Shown in pieces: positions 38,609 to 47,232 of a stretch of 64,000 nucleotides of DNA. The position numbers and the translations under genes are program-made. Position 1 is the first letter of the stretch. Each line of letters opens with the position of its first letter. The stretch spans positions 7,652-71,651 of the forward strand of contig JACPAB010000003.1 of NCBI GenBank assembly GCA_016181045.1. Reading direction: 5' to 3'. The notes beneath the pieces were generated by a model that was not told the DNA's origin, did not search any database, and was given only the letters and a program-made list of their open reading frames with translations. Source of the DNA: Candidatus Yanofskybacteria bacterium. Its GTDB lineage: Bacteria; Patescibacteriota; Minisyncoccia; 2-02-FULL-40-12; GWA2-44-9.

Positions 38609-39670
38609 TTAGACAAGGTTTTTTAATTCTCCCGGGTTTTGTGAATAGAACTCTGCTCTTTCCCAGCCGATCTCTTTCCTCCTTACCAGGTCGGCCAAAG
38701 ACCTGTCCAAACTTATCATACCGATATCCTGACTGGTCTCTATGACCATGTCCATCTGCCGGGGGCGATTATCCCGAATCAATGTTCTGATGGCTGGCGT
38801 GGCTATCATCACTTCAACTGCCGGAACCAGACCTCCTTTTATCCTGGGAATAAGGCGCTGGGAGATCACTCCCGATATCGTGTTGGCAAGCTGGTTCCTG
38901 ATCTGGGATTCCTGGTTCGGCGGGAAGCTGTTCAGGATCCTTTCAACTGTCTGGGATGCGCTGTTGGTGTGCAGAGAGGCAAATACCAAATGGCCCGTCT
39001 CGGCAGCCGTGACGGCCGCGCTCATTGTTTCGTAATCACGCATTTCCCCGACCATGACTACGTTGACGTTCTGCCTGAAGGTCGAACGCAGCGCTTTGTG
39101 GAAAGAAAAAGTGTCCTGGTAAACTTCCCTTTGGTCGATGACGCTTTTGTCGGGAGAGAATATGTATTCGATGGGGTCTTCAATAGTGACTATCTTCTCG
39201 GCCCGTTCTTTATTTATCATATCAATGATTGATGCCATGGTGGTGGACTTTCCATGGCCGTTTGGACCGACTACGAGAACAAAGCCCTGGGAGAGCTTGG
39301 AAAAGATCTTCACTATCGGGGGGAGATTCAGCTCCTCCACCGTCTTTATCACATTCGGTATTAACCGCAGAGATGCCGCAAAGCCACCTTTGGCCTGATA
39401 GGCATCGACTCGAAACCTGTTCTTGCTGGGTATTTCGAATGAAAAGTCGAGCTCTTTCTCGGAAAGGAACCGGTTCTTCTTTTCTTCTCCAAGCAAAGCG
39501 AACACCAGCCCTTGGGAGGTCTCGCTGTCCAGGACGCTGTAATTGATCAGCATGACCAGGCGGCCGTCGACTCTTATGACAGGATAGTGGCCCGGCGAGA
39601 TATGCAGGTCGGTAGCTCCCTGCTGGGCCGTCAATAAAAGTAATTCTTCTAAATATTGTTTTGGGTCCAT
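38609..39670 (-). CDS. pilT: Twitching-motility retraction ATPase PilT
   Basis: GPNGHGKSTT Walker A, PilT-size (353 aa), ASLHTNSA motif. Confidence 0.9.
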   Translation of the reverse strand: MDPKQYLEELLLLTAQQGATDLHISPGHYPVIRVDGRLVMLINYSVLDSETSQGLVFALLGEEKKNRFLSEKELDFSFEIPSKNRFRVDAYQAKGGFAASLRLIPNVIKTVEELNLPPIVKIFSKLSQGFVLVVGPNGHGKSTTMASIIDMINKERAEKIVTIEDPIEYIFSPDKSVIDQREVYQDTFSFHKALRSTFRQNVNVVMVGEMRDYETMSAAVTAAETGHLVFASLHTNSASQTVERILNSFPPNQESQIRNQLANTISGVISQRLIPRIKGGLVPAVEVMIATPAIRTLIRDNRPRQMDMVIETSQDIGMISLDRSLADLVRRKEIGWERAEFYSQNPGELKNLV

Positions 39671-39703
39671 CTTTTTATATTTAAATATTTAAACATTTAA
39701 ATA

Positions 39704-41452
39704 TCATGCGGAATCGCCGGCTTGGGCGACTTCAAGCAGTTCTTCCAATGATACTACCCCCTGAAGCACTTTCAAAATTCCGTCCTGGAACATGGTTATC
39801 ATCCCCTGCCGCTTGGCCTCGGCGCGCATTGCCGCTTCCGAGATCGTTCCCAAAATTATCTTTTCCAGCTCGTCGGTCATTTCCATCATCTCGAAAATAC
39901 CGATTCGGCCCTTGAACGCTTTGCCCCCGCACTTTTTGCAAGGATTCTCTTTGTTTGGCTTAAATATCGTGTAGCCGTTCTTGGACAGAAATTCTGTTTG
40001 ATATTCGGCGGGCATATCAAGGATTGACTCGCTTATCATTTTTTCTTCGGCTGTGTTGGCTTTTGCCTGAACCTTGCAGTCGGGGCAGAGACGTCTTAAA
40101 AGCCGCTGGGCCGCTGCGACGTTCAAAGTGGAAGGTATTAAATAATTTTCAACACCCATATCTATTAAGCGCGGAACTACGCCCATGGCGTCATTGGTGT
40201 GGAGGGTGGACAACACAATATGGCCGGTCAGGGCGGCTTGGGTGGCAAGGCCTGCCGTTTCCCGGTCTCGAATTTCACCGACCATTATAATATCGGGGTC
40301 TTGCCTTAAAATATGGCGCAAACCGCTGGCAAAGGTGTAGCCGATCTCTTCGTGGATCTGGGATTGGTTAACTCCGTCCACGAAATATTCTATTGGGTCT
40401 TCCAGGGTAACTATGTTCACGTCCTCGCTGTTTATCTTCTTCAACATTCCGGCCAAGGTGGTTGACTTACCGGAACCGGTAGGGCCGGTTATCAAAATAC
40501 TGCCGAACGGCTTTTCCAGGGCCCTGTCTATTACCTCGGCCGATCTGCCGACAAGCCCTAGATCGGGCAGGTCTATCTTGCTGGTCAAAGGATCCAAGAT
40601 ACGCATTACAACCTTCTCGCCGTTTTTTGTAGGAAATGTTGAAACACGAAAATCAACTTTTCTGCCGGCGATCTTTGTGGAAAATCTCCCGTCCTGTGCC
40701 AGGCGGGTCTCGTCTATCTTAAGGTCGGTTAGGATTTTTATTCTGGTTACAACGGCGGACTGAAGATTTTTGGGCAGCGTCAGCGATGTGGTCAAGATTC
40801 CGTCGATCCTGAACCTGGTCCGCACCCTGTCTTCGAACGGTTCGATGTGAATGTCGGAAGCCCTTGTTTCAACTGCATGCTTGACTATAACCGCGACAAT
40901 GCGGGTTACCGGCGCTTCCGCCGTTATTTCCTCTAAGGATTTAACCGGGCCCACCTTGGCCTCGATCTCTTCGGATAATGATTCCAGTGCTTCTCCCACT
41001 TCACCGGTCAGTGTTCGGTAGCTCTTTAACAAGTTGTCGAAGTCCCGATAGCTGATAACGTATTTTTCGATAGTGAGCTCCTTGTCTTCCCCGATGAACT
41101 TCAAGGCCTCCAGGGCGCCGTTATCTTCGGGGTTCAAAATGCCGACGCGCAAAATATCTCCCTCTTTTGAAAATGGAACGGCATGATACTGGGTGATCAC
41201 GTCTTCCGAAACCTCTTTCAGTACCGAACGGTCCACTTCCACGCCTTCAAGATCCACAGCCGGCAACCGATAAAGAGACGACTTAAACTTGAGGAGGTCC
41301 TGGTCGGAGAAAAGTCCCCTTTCAATTAGAACTCGCCCAACTTCCTTATCTTCTTCCCGAGCTTGTTGGGTTATTTTGGCTAATTCATCTTGAGAAACAG
41401 TATTCTGACGAACCAGCTCGTCTAAAAGTGTTTGGGGAATCTTGATAGCCAT
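39704..41452 (-). CDS. pilB: Type IV pilus assembly ATPase PilB (GspE family)
   Basis: GPTGSGKSTT, tetracysteine motif (CPDC...CKKCGG), N-terminal GSPII domains. Confidence 0.92.
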   Translation of the reverse strand: MAIKIPQTLLDELVRQNTVSQDELAKITQQAREEDKEVGRVLIERGLFSDQDLLKFKSSLYRLPAVDLEGVEVDRSVLKEVSEDVITQYHAVPFSKEGDILRVGILNPEDNGALEALKFIGEDKELTIEKYVISYRDFDNLLKSYRTLTGEVGEALESLSEEIEAKVGPVKSLEEITAEAPVTRIVAVIVKHAVETRASDIHIEPFEDRVRTRFRIDGILTTSLTLPKNLQSAVVTRIKILTDLKIDETRLAQDGRFSTKIAGRKVDFRVSTFPTKNGEKVVMRILDPLTSKIDLPDLGLVGRSAEVIDRALEKPFGSILITGPTGSGKSTTLAGMLKKINSEDVNIVTLEDPIEYFVDGVNQSQIHEEIGYTFASGLRHILRQDPDIIMVGEIRDRETAGLATQAALTGHIVLSTLHTNDAMGVVPRLIDMGVENYLIPSTLNVAAAQRLLRRLCPDCKVQAKANTAEEKMISESILDMPAEYQTEFLSKNGYTIFKPNKENPCKKCGGKAFKGRIGIFEMMEMTDELEKIILGTISEAAMRAEAKRQGMITMFQDGILKVLQGVVSLEELLEVAQAGDSA

Positions 41453-41518
41453 TAGCTGTTAGCCATTAGCTGTTAGCCATTAGCTTCTAAGTTCTATTGG
41501 CTAAGTTCTATTGGCTAT

Positions 41519-41692
41519 TTATATTGGGGAAAAAAGGTCCTTTTTGAGGTCGTCCGTTTGGGCGATCGGCGGAGGAGGGACCGGGCCTAATGACGGCACG
41601 ACATAACTGGAATAATAAAAGTAGCCGGCAACAATTCCTAGAAGGATTATCATCACCAATATTAGTAGATTTTGTGTTGGTCGTGCTGCCAT
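41519..41692 (-). CDS. Hypothetical 57-aa single-TM protein in the pilus operon
   Basis: ORF missing from the track: MAARPTQNLLILVMIILLGIVAGYFYYSSYVVPSLGPVPPPPIAQTDDLKKDLFSPI. Confidence 0.4.
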   Translation of the reverse strand: MAARPTQNLLILVMIILLGIVAGYFYYSSYVVPSLGPVPPPPIAQTDDLKKDLFSPI

Positions 41693-41725
41693 ATGGGAAT
41701 ATTTAAATATTTAAATTTTTAAACA

Positions 41726-42259
41726 TTATTTCAAGTAGTATGCGTTTCCTTTGATTGAAAAGTTCAGTAATCCCGGCTTATCCGCCGCACCAGCCGCGGC
41801 ATCTAAAGATGTAATATCCATGATCCTAAGATTTTTTTCGGCGGACTGGAGGAAACTTACCAGTCCCGCATAACTTCCGCTTAACGCTATTTCGATCGGG
41901 AGAGAGTTGTAAGCCCCCACCCGGCTATCCGATGGCTTGCCGGCTATAACCGCGCTGATAAGCTGAAGTCCGCTTTGGGCAGACAGCTTGTCTACCGCTG
42001 AAACCATTTCAGCTAATCCTTTCTTGCTTGGGAGAACAGAAGATATCCTTGTAATGTCGGCCGCTTTTTGCTGATATTCTTTGTTCAAGTCCTGTATCCT
42101 CTTGATGATCGCGCTTCTGGAATCATAAAGTCCCTGTCTTTCTTCCAGCGCGACATTAAGCTCGGACATTTTATTGTATTCCGGAAGGACCCAACCCCAG
42201 GCGCCGACAAGCGCTAATGCGACCAGGCCTGCCCCGATGTAATTCTTATTTGGATTCAT
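41726..42259 (-). CDS. pilO: PilO-like pilus biogenesis protein
   Basis: N-terminal TM helix plus coiled coil, located after the PilN-like gene. Confidence 0.65.
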   Translation of the reverse strand: MNPNKNYIGAGLVALALVGAWGWVLPEYNKMSELNVALEERQGLYDSRSAIIKRIQDLNKEYQQKAADITRISSVLPSKKGLAEMVSAVDKLSAQSGLQLISAVIAGKPSDSRVGAYNSLPIEIALSGSYAGLVSFLQSAEKNLRIMDITSLDAAAGAADKPGLLNFSIKGNAYYLK

Positions 42260-42809
42260 CTTTTATGAATTTATCCTTGTCGAAGGTCAGTCGGATGGTG
42301 AATTCCAATCGTCCGTTCGTGAGGACATGGACATTGCTCAAGTCGATATCTTTTATCGAATCGTCGGAAACATACGCCGCGATCTGTCTTGCCAGGACGG
42401 TATAATTCAGGGTGAAGGCCTTTATCTCGAATTTCCCTTCTTCCGCTATGGCGTTGAATGTCGAGAATTGCACCTGCGGCTGGGTAAGCGCTTCTACCTT
42501 GGCTAATGCCTTTGACCAGAAAATGTGGTTGTTCAACAGGCTGGCAGTCAATGCTAACTGTTTATTCAGTGTCAAGAGATTTGCTTCGACCTTTTTATCC
42601 CGCTTCTTCTCAAGATTCACCAAATTGGCGTCAAGTTTGGCAACCTGGTCTTCCAACCCGCCTCGATAGAAAGCCAAACCGGCCGCAATCAAGAATACCA
42701 AAACAAGGGCAGCCGCTCCTGCATAAACCCACCTGTTCTCTCCCGGGGTCTTTATCTCAATCTTTCTTCTGCTTTCCGGAAGTAGTTGTATCCCTCCCTG
42801 GTCTGCCAT
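42246..42809 (-). CDS. pilN: PilN-like pilus biogenesis protein
   Basis: Short cytoplasmic N-terminus, TM helix and coiled coil, located after pilM. Confidence 0.65.
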   Translation of the reverse strand: MADQGGIQLLPESRRKIEIKTPGENRWVYAGAAALVLVFLIAAGLAFYRGGLEDQVAKLDANLVNLEKKRDKKVEANLLTLNKQLALTASLLNNHIFWSKALAKVEALTQPQVQFSTFNAIAEEGKFEIKAFTLNYTVLARQIAAYVSDDSIKDIDLSNVHVLTNGRLEFTIRLTFDKDKFIKDESK

Positions 42810-43029
42810 TGTTTACATTATATCTGAATACTAGACAAAACTTATACACATAGAGTAAGGGTAAACGCGCAAATTGACCTAATTGCTCTAATTATTCTAA
42901 TTGACCTAATCAAATCCTAAACTCTAATATCTAAATCCTAAACAAATTCAAAATTCTAAATTCAAAACTTTTCTGATTTTTGGGATTTGATTAGAATAAT
43001 TAGGTTAATTAGAAATTAGAATAATTTTA

Positions 43030-44121
43030 TTAGATCTCCCTCATCGCAAGACCGGTTGCAATCGCGAAAGCATTGGCCAGTTCCTGGATAACAGGACTTA
43101 ACTGTTGAGGATATATGATCCTCGCGAAAGCGTTCGCGCCATAGACATCCATGTTCAGCTTCTTTTTGAAATATTCCATGAAGTGAGGCATGTTGGACAA
43201 TCCCCCAATGAGCAGGATCTTGGATATCTTGATATTTTTGGAACTCTCATAATTTGAAAGCGTTTTCTTGGTTTCAAAAACCATCATATCCACCAAAGAA
43301 GTCATCGCTTCGTTGACGATATTCTCGTCCGAGGGCTTCAGTCCGATCTTTCGCTTTAGCTCCTCGGCTTTTTCCAGACCTACGTTCAAGGAGCGCGCAA
43401 TGGATTTGGTAATTTCAAATCCGCCGACTTCGTAGTTGTGGCTCACCCGTTCGTAACCCTTGTTAACGATGACTATAGAGGTGCTCCTTCCGCCGATGTT
43501 CACGATCGCTGTCGATGAAAGGTCGTTCCCGAGCAGTGCCCTGATCAGCGCGGTGTTCTCCAGCTCCAGGGCCCGGAGGTTCAATCCGGCTCCTTTCATT
43601 ATTCTTTGATAGCGAACGGTCTCTTCTTTCGGGACGGCGGCGACAAAAACCTCAACCGTAGTCGGCTTGGATCCCAGACCGCTCTTGCCGGGAACGGGAT
43701 TAACATTTGAGATGTCTATAATAGACCAGTCGAGAACGACTTCATTAAGCGGTATGGGGATGTATTTTTTTGCTTCGAACGGCAACGCCTTGGCTAAGTC
43801 CTGCTCGGACAGGTAGGGCATCTCTATGATCGTGCTGAAAGTCGAAAATGAGGGAATTGATGCCACAACATCCGTGGACTTGATGCCGCTTTTCTTTATC
43901 ACTTCTTTTATGCCCCAGATGATCTCTTCGTCAGGCAGTTTCAAAATCCCTCTTCCGGCTGTTGCTTGAGAATCAGAAACGCCGCTTTTAAGTTCAAAAA
44001 GGCCGTAGTTTGACAACTCGAAGCGCTGGCCTTTTTTCTGAAGTTCGACGACCTTGATCGAGGCCGTTCCGATGTCTATTCCCAATTTGCCTTTTTCCCC
44101 GAAAAGATTGAACATTGCCAT
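43030..44121 (-). CDS. pilM: PilM, actin-like pilus assembly ATPase
   Basis: LGIDIGTASIKVVEL phosphate-1 motif, 363 aa. Confidence 0.88.
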   Translation of the reverse strand: MAMFNLFGEKGKLGIDIGTASIKVVELQKKGQRFELSNYGLFELKSGVSDSQATAGRGILKLPDEEIIWGIKEVIKKSGIKSTDVVASIPSFSTFSTIIEMPYLSEQDLAKALPFEAKKYIPIPLNEVVLDWSIIDISNVNPVPGKSGLGSKPTTVEVFVAAVPKEETVRYQRIMKGAGLNLRALELENTALIRALLGNDLSSTAIVNIGGRSTSIVIVNKGYERVSHNYEVGGFEITKSIARSLNVGLEKAEELKRKIGLKPSDENIVNEAMTSLVDMMVFETKKTLSNYESSKNIKISKILLIGGLSNMPHFMEYFKKKLNMDVYGANAFARIIYPQQLSPVIQELANAFAIATGLAMREI

Positions 44122-44145
44122 GTATCACTCTAAGTATAGCAAAAA

Positions 44146-44805
44146 ATGATTGGTATATATCCACAAAAGGTAATCAAATTGGCAGGGGATGCCATATTTC
44201 CCATCCGGTGTGTCGGTTGCGGCGCATACGACACTTATTTCTGTGCCGCCTGCCTGGCGGAAGTGAAAATAAAAAACGACGCGGAGCTTGTCGGAGCCAT
44301 TCACGTTTTCTCGGCCGCAAATTACAGCGACAAGCTTATCCAGAGGGCATTGAAAGTTTTTAAATACGGCTTTGTCAGAGACATGGCCGGGCCTTTAGTT
44401 GAGATTGTCAGAACATACGTCGATAACATTCCGGTTATCAGTTCGGGTCTTTTGAGGGGCAATCCCCTCGTGGTTCCCGTCCCGCTCCACAAGAAGCGCT
44501 TGAACTGGCGGGGCTTCAATCAATCGGAAATTTTGGCGGAAAAAATTGCCGGGTTCTACGGACTCGAGGTCGGAAATATTCTGTTCAGGAACAAGAAAAG
44601 AAAACCTCAAGCGGATATCGAAGACAGAGAAAGCAGGATGAACAATGTGGCGGATTCATTTGCCTGCTCCGCAAACATTAATGGTAGGAACGTCGTTCTG
44701 GTGGACGACATATGTACCACCGGCGCGACCCTGAACGAATGCGCCAAAGTCCTGGCGGCAAACGGCGCCGGAAAAATAAGCGCTTTAGTCATTGCGAGAG
44801 GGTGA
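44146..44805 (+). CDS. comF: ComF-family phosphoribosyltransferase
   Basis: N-terminal Zn-finger cysteines (CVGCG...CAAC) and PRTase motif VVLVDDICTTGATL. Confidence 0.85.
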   Translation: MIGIYPQKVIKLAGDAIFPIRCVGCGAYDTYFCAACLAEVKIKNDAELVGAIHVFSAANYSDKLIQRALKVFKYGFVRDMAGPLVEIVRTYVDNIPVISSGLLRGNPLVVPVPLHKKRLNWRGFNQSEILAEKIAGFYGLEVGNILFRNKKRKPQADIEDRESRMNNVADSFACSANINGRNVVLVDDICTTGATLNECAKVLAANGAGKISALVIARG

Positions 44806-44833
44806 AAAATGTGGTAAAATTACTTGTTTTTAG

Positions 44834-44918
44834 GGAGAGGTGCGTGAATGGTTAAACGAATGGCTTGCTAAGCCATGACGGCGTAAGCCGTCTGTGGGTT
44901 CAAGTCCCACCCTCTCCG
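44834..44918 (+). tRNA. tRNA-Ser(GCU)
   Basis: Hand fold: acceptor GGAGAGG/CCTCTCC, anticodon loop TTGCTAA, long variable arm, T-arm GTGGG-TTCAAGT-CCCAC. Confidence 0.85.
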
Positions 44919-44919
44919 C

Positions 44920-46503
44920 ATGGCTGAAAGTTCAAACAAAAAGGTTAAAAATGTACGGCCGCCGGTGGTGGTAGTTTTGGGCCATGTCGATCATGGAAAA
45001 ACCAAACTTCTATCAGCTATTAGAAACGTAGCCGTGCCTAAAGAATCGGGGGGAATTACCCAGCACATCGGGGCCTACCAAGTTGAGGTTCCGCAGGAAC
45101 CGAAATCCCGAGATAATCGAGGGATCCCTCATGGTATTCGGGATGATTTTGCTGGCCGCAAAATCACGTTTCTGGATACGCCCGGCCACGAGGCCTTCTC
45201 GGCCATCCGGTCGCGCGGAGCCAGGGTCGCGGACATAGCCATATTGGTCGTGGCTGCCGACGAAAGCGTCAAGCCGCAGACCAAAGAGGCCATCAAGATA
45301 ATCAAGCAGGAAAAAATGCCGTTCATAGTTGCGCTGAACAAAATAGACAAAGAAGGCGCCAATGTGCAGAAGGTAAAGCAGGATTTAGCGACCGAAGAAG
45401 TGTTGGTTGAGGACTGGGGGGGAAATGTTCCGGTCGTCGAGATATCGGCCAAGCAGGGCAAGGGCATAAGTGAATTGATGGACATGATAATCCTGGTCGC
45501 GGACCTTGAGGACCTCGGAGAAGACCTTTCGTCTCCCGCTAAGGGGTTGATAATAGAATCCAACCTCGATAAGAGGGTAGGTTATGTCGCCACGGCGCTG
45601 GTCCATAAAGGAGTACTTAGATTGGGCGACTGGATAGTTGCCGGAACGGCCACGGGCAAGATAAAAGCCATGGAGGATTTTACCAGTGCTTCGATTACCG
45701 AGGCCAGGCCATCCCAGCCGGTTCGTATCATCGGCTGGTCATCGGCTCCCAATATCGGGATAGAGTTTAGTTCCGCCGGAAGCAAAGATGAAGCCGTTAA
45801 GATCGCCGAAGATAACGTCAACCTTGCTCCCCTCTTGTCTTTCTTCTCGGGCGCGCAGGAGACACCCGAGAACAAGGCCATGCTGAACATTATTTTCAAA
45901 TCGGACGTGACCAGTTCGCTGGAAGCCATTGATTCGGTTTTGAGGACGATAAAGTCCGAAGAAGTCGGTTACAGGGTGATCGGGCACGACATCGGCAACA
46001 TCACGGAAGCCGATGTTAAAACCGCTATCGCCGGAAAGGGCCAGGTAGTGGGATTCAGGGTTACCGCGGATGACTCGGCCAAAAAGCTCGCCGAACGTGA
46101 AGGAGTTAAGATGGCCACCTTCGACATTATCTATGAGTTGATAGAATACGTCAGAGAGCAAATGGCGGATCTTTTGGGGCCGGTCATCACTAAAATAGCA
46201 TTGGGAAAACTCAAGGTACTCGCCACTTTCAAGAAGGACCCCAAGTTCCAGGTCATCGGCGGAAGGGTTATTTCGGGCAAGGCCATCAGGGGCGCGTTTG
46301 CCGACGTTCTTCGTGGCGGAATAGTGATTTGTAACGGTCGTATCGGCCAGCTTCAGCACAACAAGGAGGACCTGCCGGAAGTCAAAGAGGGGCTTGAAGC
46401 AGGCATAAAGCTCGAAGTAATTCCTGGCCAGCCATTCCAAGAAATCCAAGTCGGAGATATGTTGGAGATATATGAGGAGCAGAAGACAGCCAGAACTCTA
46501 TAA
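44920..46503 (+). CDS. infB: Translation initiation factor IF-2 (short form lacking the N-terminal region)
   Basis: G-domain motifs GHVDHGKT, DTPGH and NKID. The ATG lies 2 nt after the tRNA-Ser discriminator base. Confidence 0.93.
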   Translation: MAESSNKKVKNVRPPVVVVLGHVDHGKTKLLSAIRNVAVPKESGGITQHIGAYQVEVPQEPKSRDNRGIPHGIRDDFAGRKITFLDTPGHEAFSAIRSRGARVADIAILVVAADESVKPQTKEAIKIIKQEKMPFIVALNKIDKEGANVQKVKQDLATEEVLVEDWGGNVPVVEISAKQGKGISELMDMIILVADLEDLGEDLSSPAKGLIIESNLDKRVGYVATALVHKGVLRLGDWIVAGTATGKIKAMEDFTSASITEARPSQPVRIIGWSSAPNIGIEFSSAGSKDEAVKIAEDNVNLAPLLSFFSGAQETPENKAMLNIIFKSDVTSSLEAIDSVLRTIKSEEVGYRVIGHDIGNITEADVKTAIAGKGQVVGFRVTADDSAKKLAEREGVKMATFDIIYELIEYVREQMADLLGPVITKIALGKLKVLATFKKDPKFQVIGGRVISGKAIRGAFADVLRGGIVICNGRIGQLQHNKEDLPEVKEGLEAGIKLEVIPGQPFQEIQVGDMLEIYEEQKTARTL

Positions 46504-46510
46504 GAGTTCT

Positions 46511-46568
46511 GGAATTATCAATTTTCAATTTACAATTTTCATTGAATTTTCAATGATTCAATTTAAAA
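46511..46568. repeat. AT-rich dispersed intergenic repeat, copy 3
   Basis: Core caattttcattgaat at 46533-46547. Confidence 0.7.
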
Positions 46569-46570
46569 AT

Positions 46571-46642
46571 GGTGCCGTGGCGAAGTGGAAACGCGATCGT
46601 CTGCAAAACGATCATGCATGGGTTCGATTCCCATCGGCACCT
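46571..46642 (+). tRNA. tRNA-Cys(GCA)
   Basis: Hand fold: acceptor GGTGCCG/CGGCACC, anticodon loop CTGCAAA, discriminator U73. Confidence 0.85.
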
Positions 46643-46648
46643 CAGCTT

Positions 46649-46830
46649 ATGGCAAAAACCATTCTCGTAACCGGAGGGTGCGGATTTATCGGCAGCCATT
46701 TCGTTAGGCAGTTTAAAAAAGCCAGAATTCATGATAAAATATAGACGCTCGCGGAAACTGTAAAATGGTATCAGGATAACCCAGTATGGATAAAGAGTGC
46801 TGTGAGGCGTCTAAAAAAAGCGAAGTCCCG
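46649..46830 (+). pseudogene. Remnant of dTDP-glucose 4,6-dehydratase (RfbB-like) with the ~300-codon core deleted
   Basis: MAKTILVTGGCGFIGSHFVRQF (Rossmann N-terminus) then a stop. A C-terminal-like TLAETVKWYQDNPVWI follows in another frame about 20 nt later. Confidence 0.65.
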
Positions 46831-46885
46831 CACCATGCTTCGCTCTGGTGCTGGGATAAATCCGCATATTCAAATTTGAAATAAT

Positions 46886-46969
46886 GCCGGGGTGGCGAAA
46901 CAGGAAACCGCAGGTGACTTAAGATCACCCGCTCGCAAGAGCTTGAGGGTTCGAGCCCCTCTCCCGGCA
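46886..46969 (+). tRNA. tRNA-Leu(UAA)
   Basis: Hand fold: anticodon stem GGTGA/TCACC, loop CTTAAGA, long variable arm, T-arm GAGGG-TTCGAGC-CCCTC. Confidence 0.85.
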
Positions 46970-46988
46970 CAAAAAAATAAGAGCCCTC

Positions 46989-47156
46989 TTACTTGAGGGT
47001 TTCTTTTTTGATGATGTCGGTTACGTTCAGTTTGTTGCTACCGCAACTCCTACATGTGGACTCTTGAAATTCGGCATCCCAGATATTGTTACAGTCGAGA
47101 CATTGATGCCGTCTTTGAACTTTTATCTGAAGCTTCATTTCATCTCCGTAAGGCAT
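46989..47156 (-). CDS. Hypothetical 55-aa zinc-ribbon protein
   Basis: ORF missing from the track: MPYGDEMKLQIKVQRRHQCLDCNNIWDAEFQESTCRSCGSNKLNVTDIIKKETLK (CxxC...CxxC). Confidence 0.5.
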   Translation of the reverse strand: MPYGDEMKLQIKVQRRHQCLDCNNIWDAEFQESTCRSCGSNKLNVTDIIKKETLK

Positions 47157-47232
47157 TTTGTCTATCCTTGTAAGTAAAGCGAACTAATTATAGATTATAT
47201 TATAATCCTAAAGCAATCAAAGGAGTAGGACC

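Noticed and set aside
41449-41518. 14-nt tandem repeats here (also at 53670-53736, 17219-17262 and 49935-49975) considered as a CRISPR array.
   Set aside because: The units are directly tandem with no unique spacers, far shorter than CRISPR repeats, and no cas genes are present.
42880-43030. The pilM-pilN spacer, rich in CTAAT/TTAGA heptamers with an apparent long inverted symmetry, considered as a mobile element.
   Set aside because: It has no terminal repeats distinct from the generic heptamer filler, no target duplication and no coding capacity. I treat it as a member of the AT-rich spacer-repeat class.
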